A stretch of 64,000 nucleotides of DNA from Spongospora subterranea f. sp. subterranea (lineage: Eukaryota). The translations under genes were made by a program, and so were the position numbers. Below the pieces are notes generated by a model. The model saw only the letters and a list, made by a program, of their open reading frames with translations, ran no database searches and was not told where the DNA came from. Positions 55,472 to 64,000 of the stretch are shown here, piece after piece; position 1 is the stretch's first letter, and each line of letters starts with the position of its first letter. The stretch is taken from contig JAUGWO010000129.1 in the NCBI GenBank assembly GCA_049724395.1, forward strand, positions 1 through 64,000. Direction: 5' to 3'.

Positions 55472-56224
55472 TTATTCGGAAATAATGAGGTTATTTTTCA
55501 ATGCTGAAGAGCCATTTTTATATATCGCATGGCTGTTATGATGAACCCACATTATGAAGCTAGATTGCTGTTCTTCTTTCACAATGGACTTCACTTGATT
55601 CAACAATTCTCGTAGAGCTTCTCCATAAACATGGAAGTCGTTTTTCGCTTTTGCAATTAGTCGACTACACTCAGATAGGTCTGTCAGAGACTGCTTTGCC
55701 TGTTCCGGGAGTGGTATGGAATTTCCCGTTTGCTCCTCTGCTAGTTGCGGCACAAGCAAGTTCGGGCCAGTTGTGATTGAATTTGATCCTGATTGAAGCA
55801 GTGCCCGGACGTCGGCAGGCAATCTCAAAAGAAGGTCCAAAGAGTCTAAATGTTGATCGACAGCATTTTGGATTCCATGACCAACGTTTGATGACCCTGT
55901 TATGAGCTGGATTATCAGTTTACGGATCGATGAAGTTTTTGATTTGCTCGATGGTTTCAGTAGCGTTCCTCGAAGTTCTTCAATGACATTTTCGTTGAAA
56001 TCGTGGCTTGGCAGCTCTCCGATCTTCTTCTGGTATGACCTCAAAAGGCGGTTTTCCATTCGATATCTTGCAATATTGAGTTCCATTTGATGCCTATCAA
56101 TCTTGGCTTTCTTTCGTGCGTGAATTGAGCTTAATCGATTTCGTTCGCGACGAGAGATATTCGATAGGATTTCAATTGAATCGTCTGACGACCATTGGAC
56201 AGACGGATCATCAGGATGCGGCAT
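55472..56224 (-). CDS. bZIP-like transcription factor, intronless
   Basis: Basic region RRERNRLSSIHARKKAK followed by the heptads MELNIARYRMENRLLR. Confidence 0.75.
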   Translation of the reverse strand: MPHPDDPSVQWSSDDSIEILSNISRRERNRLSSIHARKKAKIDRHQMELNIARYRMENRLLRSYQKKIGELPSHDFNENVIEELRGTLLKPSSKSKTSSIRKLIIQLITGSSNVGHGIQNAVDQHLDSLDLLLRLPADVRALLQSGSNSITTGPNLLVPQLAEEQTGNSIPLPEQAKQSLTDLSECSRLIAKAKNDFHVYGEALRELLNQVKSIVKEEQQSSFIMWVHHNSHAIYKNGSSALKNNLIISE

Positions 56225-56916
56225 GATTCGCGGATCTACAGAGCAGTGATATCGACTAACTATTGATGATCTGAGGAGGATTCGTTCATTCTATGACCGC
56301 GAGAAAATGATCGTGTTAACGGTCACGCGACCATTTCATATGGATCGACATACTGTATCCATATGAATATGACAAATCATTGCCCGATTAAAGACATTAA
56401 GATTGCACCACCATGCACAATCGATAGCTGTCATCAAACCTGGATGACTTGCTAAAGCAGAAAGCAATGGTGTACGATTTCAGCGTTTCACGAGTTATCA
56501 AATGGCTAAGTAATACAGTTTGAGATAGGATGGCAACACGTTATTATTAATAAATAAGATGACGAAGCAGACGTTGTTATAAACCTTGGTGTAGTTCATA
56601 ATCAAATATAACTGACATATGATTGTACATGACGGTCGGGACTGGATCGCTCTCAACCGTCATCACCGTTTGTACAGAATCCTTGACGACAATGCAGTCA
56701 AGCGCGATTGGGTCGACAAACGTGTGATAAATGTGGTGCTGTAGAGGGAAGAGAGGCTGCGCTAGTAGACGGTGTAGGCTGCGGCGCTGTTTATCCAGTC
56801 AGGACACACAAGTCACAACCAGCTGGACAAGAAGATTTAGATCCCATTTATTATGCCGGAGACGGGGGTGGAATTGATTGGCTCATAATTCGCTGATCGG
56901 AGCGACCATTGAACCG

Positions 56917-57615
56917 ATGATGATGCATCCGCTGCTAACCAGGACGAGGGCGCCCCGTAGTTTCGAGGTCGGGGTCACACACCTGACCGGCCGCCGTCGA
57001 CGTCTCGTCGCTAAATCTATCTATTTAAAACGTAAGAATATCGCGGCTGGAGACGCAACGGGGCTTCATTCGGCGATGATATCGCCGATTGCTGTTGATA
57101 TCGAGTCGGAAAAGATGAGACTATCAAGATTGGAAAATCTCCTGCAAGAGCAGCTGCAGAAGAAGCACAAACAGTTCACCATGCTGAAGCAGGTGTTGCA
57201 GATTCAAAAAGCGCTGGCCGCTCAGTCATCAACAGCGCAAACGATTGCCTCAACCGCAATTGAAACAATTCATAGCCGGGGCGACATTAATGGTGCCCCG
57301 GTAGTGAATTCAAAACAAACCGTCGACCTTGTCAAAGTGCCTACAACGACCCCTCCATCTAGGTCGTATCTGATGCAAGGGACGAATGGTAAACAGCCCA
57401 GAACGAATAAGTTTTGGGACCGGCCACCACCACCCCATCCACAATTCAATGCCTACCCGCCACAGAACTACAACCGATGGCGTGCCGGCCCCAGAGATTC
57501 ATTGCGACCATTCGATGGTAGACCCCGATTCCGAGATGACCTGCCACCCACCGGCCCGAGACCATTGCCGCCTGGGCACAAATTCAATCGCAAGAGGCCT
57601 TATTGGAGGACGTGA
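56917..57615 (+). CDS. Hypothetical protein with a coiled coil and Pro/Arg-rich C-terminus (start uncertain)
   Basis: Long open frame with EKMRLSRLENLLQEQLQKKHKQF and a RPPPPHPQF..RPRF tail. Confidence 0.5.
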   Translation: MMMHPLLTRTRAPRSFEVGVTHLTGRRRRLVAKSIYLKRKNIAAGDATGLHSAMISPIAVDIESEKMRLSRLENLLQEQLQKKHKQFTMLKQVLQIQKALAAQSSTAQTIASTAIETIHSRGDINGAPVVNSKQTVDLVKVPTTTPPSRSYLMQGTNGKQPRTNKFWDRPPPPHPQFNAYPPQNYNRWRAGPRDSLRPFDGRPRFRDDLPPTGPRPLPPGHKFNRKRPYWRT

Positions 57616-57772
57616 TTCGATCAAACACAGCCGTTATTTATTTATACACTTGATTATATTCTGTCGTCGATCAGGAGATATTCGACGGAAATATCCTGGA
57701 GTTGACTCACTAGAATCCCTAGTCTTCAACTTGGCCAAACCGGGCCCATTTTGTGTTTTTTGTTTTTGAGGG

Positions 57773-58366
57773 ATGGTGCTGTTGCCTCTGGCACTGATCA
57801 CGATGGTGATTGGGGTGGCGAACTCAACGTCTGGAGGCGACACGCGCTCGTTGCACGATCTTCATGGTCACAGCGGGTTCACCGACAACGATCATCAACA
57901 CAGTCTGGTCGACAACCGAGCCGTTGACCTAGGCCAAGTGACGGGGATCGCGTCCAGGAACGTCGAGGACGTCGAGGGCGACGGTTTCTCAACATCGGCT
58001 GCGAAACTCAGAAGCAAGTCGGAGCTGGGCGAGGAACTGCACATGTTCAACGGGAAAGAGGCGGCGGGCGTTGTTCCGGGTATAGGAAATCTCCCGGGAA
58101 AGGACGTTCTCGGTGTAATCGGGGGATTTGATCAGGCTGCAGATGTCAGCGCCGTGGCGAGTACGTCGTGGAAGACGGTCGGGTCGAACTCGACGTCGGA
58201 GACGAAGACGTCCCATAATGTGGCTGGGAACAAGAAACACACCGATTCCATCGACAGGTCGAAGAAGGACGGGGCCAGTTCCAAGTACCGTCGGTCCGAT
58301 TCGCACAAGCATAAACACGATCGGGATCATGTCGATGAACATGATCATCGTCATCAACGTAAATGA
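57773..58366 (+). CDS. Secreted protein with a His/Asp/Lys-rich C-terminus
   Basis: Signal peptide MVLLPLALITMVIGVANS and tail SHKHKHDRDHVDEHDHRHQRK; 197 aa, intronless. Confidence 0.7.
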   Translation: MVLLPLALITMVIGVANSTSGGDTRSLHDLHGHSGFTDNDHQHSLVDNRAVDLGQVTGIASRNVEDVEGDGFSTSAAKLRSKSELGEELHMFNGKEAAGVVPGIGNLPGKDVLGVIGGFDQAADVSAVASTSWKTVGSNSTSETKTSHNVAGNKKHTDSIDRSKKDGASSKYRRSDSHKHKHDRDHVDEHDHRHQRK

Positions 58367-58820
58367 AAACCAGGAAGCTCTCGACCAAGTTGAAAAAACG
58401 GCGATCTCAGACCAGATCCGCCGGGGCGGCGCTTCGTGAGACGCGGCGCCAGAGAATTGACGACACACGCGTCTCATATCGAATACAAATGAATGGCAGA
58501 TTCGATGTCAAAGAATGTTGTATCAATCTTACCGAACCCAAAATGTTTTCCTCACAACCTATCTTTGAATGGGTTTATCAGTTCAAACCTTAAAACGATC
58601 GTGTGTGTTTTTTTCATTGAGTGTCAATGCTGATGATGGTCGGTCGTACAATAACGGCCCGCCAGTCGAGTCGATGATCGCCTTAGGACAATTGGGACCC
58701 TTGCGATCTGTTTGGGCGATTTAGGATGCAGTTGAGTCACGTTGGATGTGAGGACATTTGTGACTCAACTTAAATGAAAACGTCTGGATATTGTTGGAGG
58801 ATCCGGCCGGCATTTTCGCA

Positions 58821-59850
58821 ATGCAGGGATATCCGTCATCGCTCATCATCGTCATCGCCATTGCGCTGGCCTTGTCAACGAGTTTGCTGGTGGACGCCAA
58901 GCGATCCCACCACAGCCACGGCCACCACGATCGTCACGATGACGGGGACGACCATCATCACGATCACGATGACGGCGATCACGATCACGATCATCACGGT
59001 AATCGCAGAATGATCTTGGATTTTTCACAGTGCTGATGGAGTGATTAGATCATGGATCGCGAGGCCATTCGCACTCAGATCATGGACATCACGACCATGG
59101 TAGGGCAATTGCGTTTTAAGTTTTGGGGATTTGAATTTTGACTTGTGTGCGAAAAGCGCATCACGATCATGGACACGATAACGATGCACATCATGGGGAT
59201 CATCACGATGAGGATCATCATCATCATCAGGAGCACCATGACGATATGGATAACGACCAACACCAGGATCAATATCAGGGTCGGCCACCGTGAACAATTG
59301 TGCAGGGCAACCGTCGCTGAGTTTCTGATTGTCCAGGGATGGAGCAAGAACTGCATCAGGATACGGAAGCCGGATTTGACCAACATCAACTGGCTGGACC
59401 GGATCCATCGCTGGAGACGCATATGTGGGTGTTGCAAGAGCAACATCAAAGCATTGATGAACATATAGACGAATCAATGCACATCGGGGAACATGCTGAT
59501 AGGGGAGATTCAACTGAACAAGGGGTAGGTTTTTTATACGCGCGTTGAATTGCGGTGGTGTTAATGTGATTTGCTGTGTAGACGGATCATCATCAAGATC
59601 GGGAGCACGAAGACCATCATGATCACCATGATCATCATGATGACTCGCATGAGCACCATCACGACGATGACGACGGTAATCGGGATCGTATTGTGGCGGG
59701 AGAGTACTGGCTAAATTTATTATTCTGGGCGCAGATGGCGACCACCACGACGACCACGATCACGATCATGAACACAGGCATAATCACAATCATCGCGATA
59801 GACATCATCATAACGACAACGATCGTGACGACGATGAAGATGACGATTGA
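58821..59850 (+). CDS. Secreted His/Asp-rich protein (6 exons)
   Basis: Signal peptide MQGYPSSLIIVIAIALALSTSLLVDA. Five GT-AG introns (gtaatc, gtaggg, gtcggc, gtaggt, gtaatc) join H/D-rich exons in one frame to TGA at 59848-59850. Confidence 0.85.
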
Positions 59851-60040
59851 TCCCGTTATTGTTATTCGCCAAAATATTCATATCCCCCTCTCATTTATTC
59901 CCTGCATTGACTAAACTATTTGATTCCCATTATTGATTGCGTTGTCGATGACCGTAACGCTAAAAAACTTCCAACTGTTTCACGATACCCATTGCAGTCA
60001 AAGAACGGCATGTCGGCTGGCAAGTCCGCCGTCCGATGCC

Positions 60041-60716
60041 ATGGACATGAGGTGGGTTTTGCTGCTGTTGCTCGTTGGCGTATTGCACGTTGGTGTTAGG
60101 GCGTCACCACCACCACCGCCTCCCGTGGACGGCGAGATCGTGCTGACGCCGGGCGTTGGACGACAATTGACCATCGTACCCGACCAGACGCCCATTGTCT
60201 TGTCGGTCATTAGCCTGGAGCCGCACAGTAGTTATGAAGCGCGTATATCGCATGCGGCAACCGTAGTTCCCATTGTATCAAGCGGATTATGTTCGTGGGG
60301 ATTGATTGCTATTTTGTCGCAGAATCCAGTTATGTTCACGGTTAACGCGGCGATCAATGATCCGGCCGGGAGGAGGTTGCAAGATCTGGATAAGACGACA
60401 TTCGCAACAGGTGCAGTCGGTACAGCTGTTATCACAATCAATGCCCATTATCATGGCGTATCAGTGGATCCAGACCATGGAAAACGCCCAGTTTCTTTCA
60501 ATATCGGTAATTTCCCAATATCTCGTAAGCCGATGTCGAAGTTCGATAAATCGTTAACTTGTAGTGATTATGGAACTATACCTTCATGCAATTCCTGCCG
60601 ATCTTCCTCCGCTCATCATATTCATTGTTGTCGTGGTTGGACTGGTTCTAATATTTGTCGTCCCTTGGGTGAAGCGCTCCTTGTTTGATGAATCTAAACC
60701 AGATCATCGTGAATAA
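60041..60716 (+). CDS. Type I membrane protein (3 exons), possibly of the PGA1-like or a related uncharacterised family
   Basis: Signal peptide MDMRWVLLLLLVGVLHVGVRA, LEPHSSYEARISHAAT|NPVMF, RRLQDLDK, PVSFNI|VIMELYLHAIP, then TM LIIFIVVVVGLVLIFVVPW. Confidence 0.65.
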
Positions 60717-61851
60717 ATCTATCGCCGTCTCTGCTTCTGTGCCTCCTTGAAACCTGTTCATCGTTGACTGTTGGCCATGATTGATTTCTTGTCTGCGCAA
60801 ACAACGACAAAGGTTCTGGTTCCTGTGATGATTTGTGAATCCATCGATAGATGATCGGGTTTATTATTGGCCGATTGGTTTAGTCCTTTCAGTTTTCATG
60901 GCTGATGTTTCACATCGTATCATCGCTGAGTCCACAAAAATTTTGTTGGGCGTTGCGATTTGCCTGCTGCTACCTAGGTGGTTATTCTGCCGTCATGAAC
61001 TCCTACATGAAGTTGGAATTGGTAAGGATTGTAAGCGGCAGGTTCCCTGCTGTGTTATTGATTTGTTAAAACATGGTCCAATTGGGCGATATGGCTGTGT
61101 AGTATTTAGTCGATCTTGCCTCTTTCACGCTCCCTCCCGGTACTCATTTGTCAATGATTAGGTCTGTTGATATTGTTCAACTTTTGAAGTTTCCATTTAT
61201 GACATGCCAATACTGATACCTGTCCTAATTCTACCTGTCGTTATTTTCCTGGATGGCATTGACTAAAGAAACACGCCCATTTGGTGATGAAACATTTTCA
61301 AAGTTCGTGTAACACGTTCGTCATTTGAGTCTGTTTAAAGCGACTCGTCAGCGCTTGAAGCGATTCTCCAGCGCTGATATCAACACTTGCCCTTTTCCCG
61401 ATTCCTGAAAGGAGTGCGGTTATCGCTTCCTGAGATGATTGCGGTTATATGTGCCCAAGACGATTGTGGTTACGTTGTTGCTGAAACCGAATCCGAACTA
61501 AGGTTAAGTCCGTTAACAAATCTGTTTTTATACAGACTGTCAAAAGTTCATCGTCTTTGTATAACCTCTGTTCTGAAAAATCAAACCTTTAACTAAATCT
61601 GATCTCTTTAACAATTCTCAATTCTGGTTCAAGAAGAGGACCCTCTCTATAGCCAGATGTTCTCAGAATTGTCATAATAATCATGTTAACAATTAACTGA
61701 ATATTTCGGGCAGCACCGACTGCATTTGCAGAACTTCGGTCTTACAGTACACCGTTGTACTTTGTGTTTCGAAACTGATTTAGATGGATGTAATGAAGGA
61801 TATACAACGATTATAGACATGTTTGAAATACTGTATTAAAAATGAAATAGA

Positions 61852-64000
61852 TTAAACATTACTCCTGTGATTTAGAGTTATCCTCATTGTACTGTCTATG
61901 ATAAATCCAAAGAGAAACAAGGCAGAAAGCGGAAGCATTCGGAGTTTCATAAGTCCCGATGCTGATGGCGGTGAGAATACAAAATCGTTCAAAGCAGTCG
62001 TTGCCTTTGCTGTGTAATAGGACGCGGTTATGAATATATACGTCCCTAGCAGAAAGTTTGCAATCGTATAGCCAGGTATATAAGCAATTATCATTTTGGC
62101 ATCGTGAGTCTGAACATGAATGGGGTGTAAGAAAAAGGAAAAAAGTCGACGAATTCCATACCATGTAAAGATGTAGTTGAAGTAAATATGACTCAAGAGT
62201 GAACGTCCCAACGAATTGAAATATCGGCATATAACTGGAGCGAAGTGCCGGCCAGAGATTTCTTAGTATAACGTAAGCAAAAATAGGAAAACATCCCAAG
62301 TACGGATGGATGCGATTATATCTGAGTTTGTCCATATGGTAGAAGAGTGTACCCCATGCAAACAAAATTGCAAGAGAAATTGCTCCAAGTGCCATTCGCT
62401 TTTGAGTCTTGTGCTTGTCCTGATCAAGATTCGCCAGCCATGAACTGATTTGGGGAAACAGTACTGTGAACAAAATACCAAATGACGTCGACAACCCATC
62501 TAACTGGGCACGAAACCACCATTCCGCTAGAGACCCGTTTCTAGTGAATAAACCGCCAAATACAGAAAACAAGGCATTGAATAATACTTGAATCTGAACA
62601 TGAGTCACAAATCACTTCTTTGAGTAAACACAGACAACGAGCCTACTTGAAGAAGGAGAAACAGCGCAGCGGTGACGAGAACGACCTTTAGTACAGCCCC
62701 CGAACCTTTATTATCACAATAAGGAATGCGAGCAACTAGCCACACAAACAGAAAGAACACCGAATGAAGCGGGCAGATATAGTACAGCATCCATTCACGG
62801 CCAATTGTGGTGCATACCAGGAATACCAGAAAATTCAGGCGGAAAAGAACCTGCAGTGATATTTGGCTTAGTGTCGAGGGAATATTGGTAGATGTAACCG
62901 CTTTTTAACCTTAACAATTCTTAACATTGAGAAGTCCTTTTTGATTTGGAAGAACGAAAAATTGCCAAACCCTGTCATCCACACATAACTCGAGACGAAT
63001 ACACGGATCAGATTGTAGGTCGAGGTGGCGTCGAAGATATGATACCAGATGAATGCCACTTGCATCAATCCTAAAGAGAAACCTCAGTCTGGAAACTGAA
63101 CCTACGATTTTCGAACCTTTCCATTCTTCCGTTTGAAAGCGATTGAGGAGGTTATTTTTGGCGGCTACAGCGCTGGGGATTGGTTGACGGTAAATAAATC
63201 CGACGATCAAAAGCAATACGTATGATGAGAAGAACAAATCGTAATTCTGGACTTTATGCGCTACACGAACAACAGCTGAAGGACCATCAGCGATGTACAT
63301 TGCTGTCATGACTATGCATAAGACTGCAACTGCATTGATTGCCTGGGCAGCATTGGGGATGATATCAGAGCGGATAACCGTGAGCGTACCTTCTCAGTTG
63401 CTGGAGCTACTTCGACAGAGGCGATAGGCAGAAAAACAGACTGGATCTTCTGCACAATGACCCCATTTTCGGCTTCGAAAACGGTGAACTCAAAATGACA
63501 TCGTTTCCTAATCCAAAGCCAAACGGCGAAAAACAATAACGGAAGAGATGCGCAGGCCATGGTAAGTAAGGTGCTGGAGATCGGCGCTTGTCGTGCAGAG
63601 TATTCGGTCCAATAGATAATCTGCAAGAGTCGAGAAGTGGACAATACTGTTTTCTGGATCGAGTGAATACCATCTGCTTGATCTTCGAAAGGTTCTTTCT
63701 GAAGCTGCACAAAACATCAACTAGTGCTAGTGTTGCCAATAGACATTACCTGGTCTAAAAACAATACTTTGGCGGCTGGCAAGTGCAAATTGTCTTTGAA
63801 CAATTCAATCCACAACCTGATGTTTTCATTATGATTGCCGTTTAGTGCTGCTTTGGCAGGCGACAGACGCTGCTGATCGATTGCAGGAGGACCCTCTATA
63901 ATAATTAGCGCTGGGGTATTTCCAGGAGGCAACCTTTCAAGCTTATCAGTGAACTCGATGATGGACGCCACAATGGTGTCGCCCTTGTACAAAATATCAT
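61852..64000 (-). CDS. CASD1: Cas1p/CASD1/RWA-family O-acetyltransferase, 5' part outside window
   Basis: LNRFQTEEWKG|WMQVAFIWYH..YNLIRVFVSSYVWMTGFGNFSFF, LFRLNFLV, LYYICPLH, EWWFRAQLD, YNRIHPY, FVGTFTLESYLLQLH. Confidence 0.93.

Noticed and set aside
57989..59513. Met/Ile/Val-rich minus ORFs and alternative-frame plus ORFs
   Set aside because: Shadow frames of the His/Asp codon repeats.
60720..61800. Minus-strand gene between the membrane protein gene and CASD1
   Set aside because: Composition is coding-like, but no consistent exon chain could be built.

Overview
Gene-dense eukaryotic (protist) DNA with many short GT-AG introns of about 45-95 nt, so the ORF track shows only exon fragments. 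Short introns, an ankyrin-repeat gene and a CBM18 protein suggest a plasmodiophorid (Phytomyxea, Rhizaria); this assignment is inference only. Recognisable genes: intron-rich ankyrin-repeat gene, MED11-like, mitochondrial uL15, telobox Myb, TMEM260/DUF2723, cytochrome c1, EF-hand protein, Gemin2, ATP9/Neo1 flippase, NSRP1, YIF1, EGF plus degenerate CE4 deacetylase, GPI-CBM18, Par3/HAL-N kinase, ARL2, an 11 kb myosin-ARM-PH gene, bZIP, two His-rich secreted proteins and CASD1/RWA. The most unusual signal is a 4 kb two-family tandem array (13.2-17.3 kb) whose units read on the minus strand as AG / 27-nt phase-1 micro-exon / GT intron, a candidate micro-exon gene. A second pattern is four diverged fold-back inverted repeats, three of them in recognisable transposon relics. 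Several single-base frameshifts in conserved genes suggest indel errors in the assembly.
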